DNA of 52,143 nucleotides, from the NCBI GenBank assembly GCA_017995055.1, contig JAGOJP010000002.1, positions 1 through 52,143 of the forward strand, given 5' to 3'. Origin of the DNA: Candidatus Omnitrophota bacterium (GTDB taxonomy: Bacteria; Omnitrophota; Gorgyraeia; Zapsychrales; JANLHA01). Positions 44,710 through 52,143 of the stretch are shown here, piece by piece. Each line of letters begins with the position of its first letter. Position 1 is the first letter of the stretch. The notes under the pieces are model-generated. The model saw nothing but the letters and a program-made list of their open reading frames with translations, had not been told where the DNA came from and searched no databases. The position numbers and the translations under genes were made by a program.

Positions 44710-45420
44710 TTAAAAAGAAATCTCCTGCCCTTCCTGAAGTAAAAGACAGCCCGGACCAAACACCTGCTGAAAAATCTTGGATGCTTTTGATCCGGTACAA
44801 TGAAGCGGCACGGCCATTTGAACTCCTGCGGTTTTAAGACGAGCGGCCTCCATGCCAATATCTTCTAGTAAGCGCTCCTTGAGATGAAATCCGCCGATCA
44901 CGCCACTGACGTTTTTTCCAAAATCCTTCTTGATTCGGCAAACCATATCCGCAATGCCCGGATGGGCACATCCGGCGATCACAACCAGTCCCTTTGATGT
45001 TTCAAGGACCAAGGCCTGTTCGGGTATATTCTTGCCATCGTATTTGCCGATAATCTCACCGGACAAATGTACTTCTTCTTTGATTTTTACAGGACCAGCC
45101 ACATCAATAACGCTCCCACCCCAAAGACGGATCTTTGTCTTCACTCCAGCATCTGCCTTGACGGGGATGTAAACACCCACCCCGGACTTTTCCGTTAAGA
45201 ACGGCTTAAGACCATCCACATGATCCCAGTGCTCATGTGAAACGACTACCTTTTCGATTTTGCCAATATCGACCTTGAAACGATGGAGATTGCCCATAAG
45301 GACTCGGGCATCGCCAAAGGCGTCAAAAAGAATGTTGTCATTGATGACAAAAGACAACCCCCAACGTCTGGTCCAACGTTCCCAAGGGCACGAACCATTG
45401 GCGATGAGCTTTACCCTCAT
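44710..45420 (-). CDS. MBL-fold metallo-hydrolase
   Basis: The HxHxDH motif (VVVSHEHWDHVDG) and downstream His/Asp ligands. The ATG at 45420 (MRVKLIANGS) follows GAAGGA; the longer track start would overlap the upstream gene. Confidence 0.8.
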   Translation of the reverse strand: MRVKLIANGSCPWERWTRRWGLSFVINDNILFDAFGDARVLMGNLHRFKVDIGKIEKVVVSHEHWDHVDGLKPFLTEKSGVGVYIPVKADAGVKTKIRLWGGSVIDVAGPVKIKEEVHLSGEIIGKYDGKNIPEQALVLETSKGLVVIAGCAHPGIADMVCRIKKDFGKNVSGVIGGFHLKERLLEDIGMEAARLKTAGVQMAVPLHCTGSKASKIFQQVFGPGCLLLQEGQEISF

Positions 45421-45430
45421 AGTCCTTCTC

Positions 45431-45796
45431 TCAATGACATCCGTGTTGTGAACAAGCATTTTCTACAGAGATCTCTTCCAGCTTGCCACTGGCCACCTGA
45501 GCGACAATATCGGCTACCGTACCGGCAACAGCCCGGTACACTTTGATTCCACCTTCATTGAGCTTCTGAACCGCCCGGGAACCCGCTCCGCCAGTGACAA
45601 CCGCATTAACACCCTTTCCGCTCAATGCCGCCATCGGCTGGCACATGCCATGTGAATGATGCTCATTGGCGTTGTCAATCACTTCAAGCATGTCGTTGGC
45701 TGTATCATAAATTGTAAAAAACGGCGCACTGCCAAAATGCCCGTAAACTTGGGCTTTTTTACCTTGATTTGTTTCCGTCGGAATGCAGATTTTCAT
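45431..45796 (-). CDS. NifB/NifX-family (dinitrogenase Fe-Mo cofactor-binding domain) protein
   Basis: 121 aa: MKICIPTE ... VYGHFGSAPFFTIYD ... GVNAVVTGGAGSRAVQKLNEGGIKVY, the NifX/NafY-like fold pattern. Confidence 0.8.
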   Translation of the reverse strand: MKICIPTETNQGKKAQVYGHFGSAPFFTIYDTANDMLEVIDNANEHHSHGMCQPMAALSGKGVNAVVTGGAGSRAVQKLNEGGIKVYRAVAGTVADIVAQVASGKLEEISVENACSQHGCH

Positions 45797-46116
45797 TTTT
45801 CTTTCCTTTCGATAGATTTATCTCCTTCGTTCCAAAACTTCGGACAGTTGATCCGAAGCGCTTTTCCCTTTATCAAGGCCTCTGCGATCTTGGCATGAGC
45901 CCGATTGATAATATTACTGAATGTCGGGCGAGAAACTCCCATCTGTTTGGCCGCGTCTTCCTGATACCTCTCTTCAAAATCAGCCAATCGTACAGCTTCC
46001 ATCTCATCGACTTCAAGGACAATCTCAGCAAGAGCTGTCATGGGAATCCCGCGCGGCTTAAAGTATGCCGCTTTTAAATCAAGACAAACTTTCCTCTTTT
46101 TGCATGGCCTAGGCAT
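45793..46116 (-). CDS. DUF134 (UPF0251) predicted DNA-binding protein, second copy
   Basis: 107 aa: FKPRGIP ... LEVDEMEAVRLADFEERYQEDAAKQMGVSRPTFSNIINRAHAKIAEAL. GAGGAG RBS. ATGA overlap with the NifX-like gene. Confidence 0.75.
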   Translation of the reverse strand: MPRPCKKRKVCLDLKAAYFKPRGIPMTALAEIVLEVDEMEAVRLADFEERYQEDAAKQMGVSRPTFSNIINRAHAKIAEALIKGKALRINCPKFWNEGDKSIERKEK

Positions 46117-46132
46117 GGTCGCTCCTCAAATC

Positions 46133-46178
46133 TATTATTGACATATGTCAATAATAACACGGGGGATAAATCTGTCAA
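46133..46178 (-). promoter_or_regulatory. Promoter with a perfect 24-bp palindromic operator
   Basis: On the minus strand: TTGACA (46178..46173), a 16-nt spacer, then TATTAT (46156..46151). The -10 is the first arm of the perfect palindrome TATTATTGACATATGTCAATAATA (46133..46156), which ends 16 nt before the ATG. Confidence 0.55.
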
Positions 46179-46460
46179 GTATTTACAATATTCTCGATTT
46201 CTCAACGCGCTTGCCATTCAAAATTGAAGAAACAGCGAGAAATTCATAGCAATATCTCTGTTCATTTCCTAATAAATGCCCAATTTCAGCCTCTAAAATG
46301 CCTATAAATACCATTTACTAGAAACGGCCCCAACTGATGAAATCAGAGATAAAGAGATAGGATTGGCCAAAAAATGGGCCAAGACGGCTATCTCTATTGG
46401 CCCCAGAGATAGGCTTATAAAGAAATACTTCGAATTTGTCGACAAGGATCTGTGTATTAA

Positions 46461-46748
46461 AAGATAAACCCACCAGATCTCTCTGATGGGCTTATCTCAA
46501 TGGCTCCCCGATATACTGACCCCAAAGGCAATGCTGATACTGAACGCGTCATCCGCAGAATTAAAGAAGACTTCTTCTGGATCAATGAATGGGATAACCC
46601 TTTTGATCTTCAAGATGACTTTAAGCGTTGGGTTAATGATTACAACACCGATTTCCCTCATCAGGCATTATTCTTCGCTACGCCTGAAGAGTTTTACAAA
46701 AACTGGATTAACAAAGAACTCGATCTACACAAAAAATGTCTTGCTTAA
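46461..46748 (+). mobile_element. DDE transposase (rve) C-terminal remnant
   Basis: PKGNADTERVIRRIKEDFFW ... WVNDYNTDFPHQALFFATPEEF covers the region around the catalytic E plus the YN..RPH-like tail. The N-terminal two-thirds are missing. Confidence 0.6.
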
Positions 46749-46790
46749 CTAGGGTCATTACATTTTTTCTCTATTTTATACTATTATTAA

Positions 46791-46823
46791 ATAAGGCTTC
46801 GCTCTATTGAGGCGAAGCCTTAT
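46791..46823. terminator. Hairpin terminator after the giant surface-protein gene
   Basis: Perfect 12-bp stem ATAAGGCTTCGC / GCGAAGCCTTAT with a 9-nt loop and AT-rich flanks, 17 nt after the stop at 46840. Confidence 0.6.
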
Positions 46824-46839
46824 TAACGAAAAGTATGAG

Positions 46840-49800
46840 TTAATTCCTCCCTCTATCATGGGGGCAAACGACATTAACGATTGCCTGGGAAGAGTTATCA
46901 AACTCATCTGTCGCAGTTATTGTTATGGTATACACTCTCCCATCCCCACTCCCCTGGCGCTCTGCCCGGAGGTTTAGACTAATTGTCCCGGCGGCTACAT
47001 CTATTACCGGTTCTGAAAAATCAGGTATAACATTCCCTTCATCATCTAGATCTGGCGGTTCACTGCTTAAGACTGTTGCTGTTATCGTAATAGGCCCCTC
47101 ACTGTTATCTTGCACTTCAAAGTTTATCACCACTGGGACCAATTTATGATTTGGCGGCCAGAGGATTCCAGGATCTGCTGTGGCTGAAATTGTTGGGGGC
47201 TCTAAATCACCTATCACTATAACTTCTATACTGGCTGATACTGCTGGGTTATAGCCATCTTCTGCTTCAAGATATATTTCGTGAGTACCCGTTGGTAAAA
47301 CATCAACAGCTAACACGAAATCGTCCAATGAAACACTCTCCCCTCCTTGAATAGTGGGGATGATTCCTTCATAAAACAACTCCTGCACCCCACTCTCTAA
47401 TCTATACCAGCGATAAGTTAAGGTATCTCCATCGAAGTCTGATACTTCTCCAAGAAGATGAATACTGTCTCCTAAATGATATGTCCCGCCTCCACTAGGT
47501 GCAACCGTTGGCGGCGCATTATCGACTGTGAGGACCATCTCGTCTGAGACTATTATTAATCCATCATTGACTTCCAGGACTAATTCATGAGCTCCGGTTG
47601 CTAAATAATCCACCAGTGCCAGGGTCAGAAAGGCTTCCCCTGCCACACCCACGGCTGCCCAATCCTGCAATACCGTGCTTCCTTCTAACCAGCGATACTC
47701 TAATGGGTCTCCATCGGTATCACTCGCTGTTCCTAATACAACAACATTCGGTTGCTGTGATGATACTATGGTTAGGTTCTCTCCTGCATCAGCCATGGGC
47801 GGAGTATTCCCGTAGGCCTCAACTTCTTTATAGGCAAACACGGTCTTGGCTCCTGTCGCGGTCAATAAAGCGATATTATTGATATACTCTTTACCTAAGA
47901 ATGGATTGATTGTAGCTGTATATGTTTTACTGCCTTCTGCACCGGCTGCTAGAGTCCCTAAGTCCCAGGTTACTTTGCCGTTCTCTATCACTGCTCCGGG
48001 TAGGGTTACCGGTAAGGTCAATATGAGTTCATCATAATCATCAATCAACCGGGCATTAGTGACTTCTGTCTCTCCATTATTCTTATAAGTTAGCGTATAC
48101 TCTAACACATCCCCATACGACACCTGGCCATCACCATCCGTGTCGTTTAGAAGAACACTTGTTTTACTAAGACTTAACGTTGCTTCTTCTATCCCTATAT
48201 CAATAGCCCGGGTGGCTTTATCATTACTCGGGCGAACATCAAATTCCGGCGGTTCAGTCACCACCTGCATGATATGCGAACCATAAGCACTATTGCGCCA
48301 GGACAGGATAATTTCCGCGGGGCTGCTGGCTTCTCCCAATGGGAATTTAATAACCGAACTGCCTATAGTAAATGTTTGCAGCTCTCCATTAACTGGGAAC
48401 AGATCATTAAAAGTGACTGGAATGTTTTCGTTTACCGGATCATTCCCGGAATAATGTACAAAAGCATGAATGTCTATTGTCTCGCCAATATCCGGATTAG
48501 TATTGCTAAATTGAATATCGGACGAATAGATCATCACATCCGGGACTGGCGGTGGTGGAGGGGTGGTTGGCCCCGGGATACTCCCACCGCTACCCCCTCC
48601 TGTGCTACAGGTCCCGCTTACAGTCAGATATAAACCATCCGTGATGAATTTTGTTTTAGTCCCATCTGTCACTTCAACCTCTATTGGGTAATCACCATCT
48701 TCCTCTGGTGCCCGTACTGCCTGGCTAAAAGAACCGTTTACCGCAGTATTACTGCCTAAAAACTCACCTAATAAGTCTCCGTTATTATTTTTGACTCTTA
48801 CCTTTACAATCCCGCCCTGCACTGGAAAGTCCGGTTCACCGGCGATTGTGTCAAAGTCATAATCCGCCCGGCCGGTAATCCTTACTGTCCCACCTTGGCA
48901 GATACTTGCTCCAAAAGCTTGGACCATGATCTCCGCTGAACTAGGGTCGGGATTTCCTATCTGTAACACTAAACTCGCAATGTTATTGTTCTCTGCAATT
49001 TCAACAACATCATTTCCTGTATCAACTTCTACTTGAATAAGCCGATAACTTTGCGGAAAAGTATCTACCGGGACCAATATAGAAGCAATCGTGCTTTCCC
49101 CTTCCTTAATGATGGGTACGGTTGTTTCCCCAAGTAAGACCGGATCTCCTTCCGGGCGATCAAAAAATTTAACTACAAAGTTCTCGGCATCGGTCTGACC
49201 GTAGTTGTGAATCTTTGCGTATATGGTAAAGGCGTCATTATACCCGCCTTCATTGATAAGAGGATTGACTGGATTGAACGATATATCTGCTGAGATTAAA
49301 GTCAGGTCTGGCGGTAATAGACCTTCTTCCTGGTCAAAGCTGCTGAAAATAAGTTCATTGGTGTTACCAGCAAAGTCACTCTCTGCACCGTAATGGATAA
49401 AGAAAGAATGTTCTCCATCTAAAGTGGAAATTTTAGTGCCATTAAAAGCATTAGCAAACACTCCTCCTATTGTGGTGTTGGCTTGCAACATAGTGAAAAA
49501 ATCTGTTGGATTGATATAGCTTGTTATGTCTGGGTTTAATATTTGTACCAACAAGTCACCGGCAAAGGTTGTATTGCCATTTACTTTAATAAAATCCTTT
49601 ATAACTGGAGTCGACACGTCTCCCCTTGTAATCTCAAGTCTAAGTTCGGATGTGTCCAACATTGTCAAACTGCCGTTAATGGTTAAACTGCCGATAGAAT
49701 GTGCACCACCGGGGATAATAGTTCCTCCGTTTTCGACACTGTTCCCGATGGTACCTGAACCGACCAATTCTCCGCCTAAAATATTGATGATACTTGAAGA

Positions 49801-50433
49801 GGTGAGCGTCCCTCCTGATAATTGTGTAACCCCGGCTGTTTGGGTGTAGCCGCCGTTGGCCACAAATGATTTATTCAAAACATCAACCGTTCCGCTATTT
49901 TTAAATTCTGGATTTATTGTAATCGAACTTGAACTAGTAATCCTACCAGCATTATTAAAGATCCCATTCCCCTCTATCGCCCAACCAGTAATAACTTTTA
50001 ATTCCGAACCAGCTAAATTGTTAAATTCTCCATATATCCGCCAATACCTCACCTCTTGCCCTTCCACCCCATAAACTGCCACCTGATTGTTAGCATTATC
50101 GAGCTTCCGATACAAATATTTTTCTCCCCCACCTGTAATTAAAATCCCCCCATTTGCGGTTGTCTTTCCATCTCCTGACATAGTTCCAGCACTCCAGGCT
50201 AACGGCCCATTTACAACTATATCCCCAGAACCTGTCAATATATTTCCATTTATCGTAAGACTATCTAAAGTCATATCCCACGGCAACGCAGTTGTTGCCC
50301 CACAACATCCGCTAAGTACAATATTATTCATCGAACCAACTGAATCCGGGTCCATTTCAAATGTTCCCTTAAAGTGAATCGTATTCGCATTGATACTTGC
50401 ACCACTGGCATTCGTACCATTCATCAAACTCAA
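46840..50433 (-). CDS. Giant repetitive surface/adhesin-like protein, C-terminal fragment (beta-helix repeats, CARDB, DUF11-like and Ig/PKD-like domains)
   Basis: 1197-aa ORF containing two CARDB-like modules (e.g. DISFNPVNPLINEGG..., DIQFSNTNPDIGETIDI...), a DUF11-like module (GDVLEYTLTYKNNGE), Ig/PKD-like repeats with DTDGDPLEYRW / DFDGDTLTYRW, and a terminal LWPPNHKLVPV ... GRVYTITITATD module. Confidence 0.8.
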   Translation of the reverse strand: MSLMNGTNASGASINANTIHFKGTFEMDPDSVGSMNNIVLSGCCGATTALPWDMTLDSLTINGNILTGSGDIVVNGPLAWSAGTMSGDGKTTANGGILITGGGEKYLYRKLDNANNQVAVYGVEGQEVRYWRIYGEFNNLAGSELKVITGWAIEGNGIFNNAGRITSSSSITINPEFKNSGTVDVLNKSFVANGGYTQTAGVTQLSGGTLTSSSIINILGGELVGSGTIGNSVENGGTIIPGGAHSIGSLTINGSLTMLDTSELRLEITRGDVSTPVIKDFIKVNGNTTFAGDLLVQILNPDITSYINPTDFFTMLQANTTIGGVFANAFNGTKISTLDGEHSFFIHYGAESDFAGNTNELIFSSFDQEEGLLPPDLTLISADISFNPVNPLINEGGYNDAFTIYAKIHNYGQTDAENFVVKFFDRPEGDPVLLGETTVPIIKEGESTIASILVPVDTFPQSYRLIQVEVDTGNDVVEIAENNNIASLVLQIGNPDPSSAEIMVQAFGASICQGGTVRITGRADYDFDTIAGEPDFPVQGGIVKVRVKNNNGDLLGEFLGSNTAVNGSFSQAVRAPEEDGDYPIEVEVTDGTKTKFITDGLYLTVSGTCSTGGGSGGSIPGPTTPPPPPVPDVMIYSSDIQFSNTNPDIGETIDIHAFVHYSGNDPVNENIPVTFNDLFPVNGELQTFTIGSSVIKFPLGEASSPAEIILSWRNSAYGSHIMQVVTEPPEFDVRPSNDKATRAIDIGIEEATLSLSKTSVLLNDTDGDGQVSYGDVLEYTLTYKNNGETEVTNARLIDDYDELILTLPVTLPGAVIENGKVTWDLGTLAAGAEGSKTYTATINPFLGKEYINNIALLTATGAKTVFAYKEVEAYGNTPPMADAGENLTIVSSQQPNVVVLGTASDTDGDPLEYRWLEGSTVLQDWAAVGVAGEAFLTLALVDYLATGAHELVLEVNDGLIIVSDEMVLTVDNAPPTVAPSGGGTYHLGDSIHLLGEVSDFDGDTLTYRWYRLESGVQELFYEGIIPTIQGGESVSLDDFVLAVDVLPTGTHEIYLEAEDGYNPAVSASIEVIVIGDLEPPTISATADPGILWPPNHKLVPVVINFEVQDNSEGPITITATVLSSEPPDLDDEGNVIPDFSEPVIDVAAGTISLNLRAERQGSGDGRVYTITITATDEFDNSSQAIVNVVCPHDRGRN

Positions 50434-51966
50434 AGTGCCATTTGGAACATCTACTGTTCCGGTATTATTAAATTCTGAATTTATAACTACCGAATTAAGT
50501 CCGGTTACATGACCTGCATTGTTTAACTTTCCATCCCCCTCTATCGCCCAACCAGTAATAACTTTTTAATTCCGAACCAGCTAAATTGTTAAATTCTCCA
50601 TATATCCGCCAATACCTTACCTCTTGCCCTTCCACCCCATAAACTGCCACCTGATTGTTAGCATTATCGAGTTTTCGATACAAATATTTTTCTCCCCCAC
50701 CTGTAATTAAAATCCCCCCATTTGCGGTTGTCTTTCCATCACCTGACATAGTTCCAGCACTCCAGACTAACGGCCCATTTACAACTATATTCCCAGAACC
50801 TGTCAATATATTTCCATCTATCGTTAGACTATCTAAAGTCATATCCCAAGGGATAGAAGTTACTCCATAATATGGACTTAATATAATATTGTTGACTGTA
50901 AGATTCGAATCTTCTGCCATCTCAAAAGTTCCACCAAAATCGATTGTATTCGCATTTATACTTGCTCCGCTCTCATTGGTTCCATTTCCTAATTTCAATG
51001 ATCCCACATCCATTACGCCAGCATTATTTAATCGGCATGTAATAGATCCCCCACCTGTAATGCTTCCCGAGTTATTAATTGCCCCTGCACCCTGTATACC
51101 GCCAGCTATCTCCAGCGTTGATCCTGCTAAATTATTGAACTCCCCTTCCGCCTGAATATCCCAATAACCAAATGTTCCTCCTTGTTGATATGTCGCCACC
51201 CCATTATTTGCGTTTTCCAACCGCCTGTTCAATGTCTTAGCATTGTTTGATTGTACAAGATCCATACCGCCATTCACTGTCGTTACACCATTCCCAGACA
51301 TCGTTCCCCAAACCCATACAAAGGGTCCGTTTATTACAATATTGCCATCTCCCGTCAGTGTGCTTCCGTTTATAGTTAAACTATCTATGGTCATATCCCA
51401 AGGGATAGAAGTTACTCCATAATATGGACTTAATATAATATTGTTGACTGTAAGATTCGAATCTTCTGCCATCTCAAAAGTTCCACCAAAATCGATTGTA
51501 TTCGCATTTATACTTGCTCCGCTCTCATTGGTTCCATTTCCTAATTTCAATGATCCCACATCCATTACGCCAGCATTATTTAATCGGCATGTAATAGATC
51601 CCCCACCTGTAATGCTTCCCGAGTTATTAATTGCCCCTGCACCCTGTATACCGCCAGCTATCTCCAGCGTTGATCCTGCTAAATTATTGAACTCCCCTTC
51701 CGCCTGAATATCCCAATAACCAAATGTTCCTCCTTGTTGATATGTCGCCACCCCATTATTTGCGTTTTCCAACCGCCTGTTCAATGTCTTAGGATCGTTT
51801 GCTATTGAAAGTTCAATGCCCCCATTCACTGTCGTTACCCCATCCCCCAACATAGATCCCCTACTCCAGGATAACAAACTATTTACCTCGATATTTCCGC
51901 CTTGCAATGTTCCACCTGTTAAAGTCAGCCCTTGTATAGAAACATCTAAATCTAAATTTGCTGAGA
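49860..51966 (-). repeat. Intragenic tandem repeat array, ~3.7 units of 552-568 nt
   Basis: 50838..51240 is 100% identical to 51390..51792 (403 nt, 552-nt offset). 49971..50280 versus 50538..50850 differ by about 8 substitutions plus one extra T. Confidence 0.85.
50495..51966 (-). CDS. Same surface-protein gene, N-terminal fragment (open at its 5' end, frameshifted at its 3' end)
   Basis: The frame is open from the IS junction (~51966). It consists of ~184-aa tandem units (…NNLAGSTLEIAGG…GASINANTIDFGGTFEM…WDMT(I/L)DSLTI…). It leaves frame at an A5 run (T5 on plus, 50563..50567) and ends 22 codons later. Confidence 0.75.
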
Positions 51967-52143
51967 TGCCCCCGTTTTAACGGACAGGTTAATTAAAGAG
52001 CAATGGCTGCCTCAGCCATCTAGGGTGTAACATAGTTCAAAGACTGATGGATCCGTTGTCTATTATAAAATATTTCCAGAAACTTGAATATTTCCGACCG
52101 AGCATGTTCTCGTGATACGAACCGTTGGCCGTACAGCAATTCA
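51967..52143 (-). mobile_element. IS3-family insertion sequence, right end (partial, runs off the window)
   Basis: The terminal sequence begins with TG at 51967 on the plus strand (CA end on minus) and contains the transposase 3' end. The adhesin reading frame is open right up to the junction. Confidence 0.6.
52020..52143 (-). CDS. IS3-family transposase OrfB, C-terminal 40 codons (partial)
   Basis: The translation ELLYGQRFVSREHARSEIFKFLEIFYNRQRIHQSLNYVTP-stop matches the IS3 OrfB C-terminal consensus (F.TR.EA...IF.YIE.FYN..R.HS.LGY..P). Confidence 0.7.
   Translation of the reverse strand, partial: ELLYGQRFVSREHARSEIFKFLEIFYNRQRIHQSLNYVTP

Noticed and set aside
44219-44858. ORFs 44219..44434, 44488..44697, 44570..44800 and 44634..44858 in the MBL-citrate synthase spacer.
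   Set aside because: They overlap each other in three frames over a GC-rich, strongly base-paired segment and a terminator. They use TTG or weak starts without SD and have Arg/Gly/Pro-rich composition. RNA structure explains the region better than coding does.
49860-51966. Interpreting the tandem repeats as a CRISPR array or as a DGR template/variable repeat pair.
   Set aside because: The units are 552-568 nt, in frame and protein-coding, with no spacer structure. Differences between copies are not adenine-specific (g/a, a/t, c/t and a/g on the coding strand), and no reverse transcriptase is nearby.
1-52143. Search for tRNA, rRNA, CRISPR arrays, integron attC sites or prophage/defence modules.
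   Set aside because: By eye I found no T-loop/acceptor-type tRNA signatures (GGTTCGAATCC-like), no rRNA-like conserved blocks, no short regularly spaced repeats, and no recognisable defence or phage genes.

Overview
The window is about 85% coding and bacterial in organisation, with SD-type RBSs, sigma70-like promoters and intrinsic terminators. Gene content (Hcp, a hydrogenase-like complex, Fe-S proteins) suggests an anaerobe, possibly from an uncultivated lineage. All family calls were made by eye from motifs; no database search was possible.

Gene content, in order along the window:
1. A GT-C glycosyltransferase and a membrane spermidine-synthase-like protein.
2. A six-gene Hyf/Ehr-type, group-4 [NiFe]-hydrogenase-like membrane complex. 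Its 'large subunit' appears to lack all four NiFe cysteine ligands. An HTH-PTS-EIIA fusion regulator sits just upstream.
3. A plus-strand MarR-TolC-MFP-RND efflux operon ending in a small PII-like gene.
4. A Fur/PerR-type regulator with a textbook operator-in-promoter layout, plus a ferritin-like gene.
5. A YfiR-like periplasmic protein paired with an MCP.
6. An internally deleted TonB-dependent receptor remnant.
7. A CbiMNQO-type ECF transporter, a TPR protein, MscS and an FMN-binding protein.
8. A MerR regulator with a stand-alone paralog of its C-terminal domain, then NudC.
9. FetAB, with fetB frameshifted.
10. A long arsenic island headed by a DUF134 protein instead of ArsR. It contains arsP with an in-frame TAA, arsM, four thiol-redox proteins, ACR3 and an N-terminally truncated arsC.
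11. An Rrf2-ferredoxin-Hcp operon.
12. A block flanked by IS remnants: citrate synthase, an unclassified structured RNA plus terminator, an MBL-fold protein, a NifX-like protein and a second DUF134.
13. A surface-protein gene of more than 5 kb with near-perfect 552-568-nt tandem repeats, broken by a homopolymer frameshift and cut at its 5' end by an IS3-family element.

No rRNA, tRNA or CRISPR array was seen.

The most interesting items are the ligand-less hydrogenase-like complex, the two DUF134-headed operons (one with a perfect 24-bp palindromic operator) and the unclassified structured RNAs.
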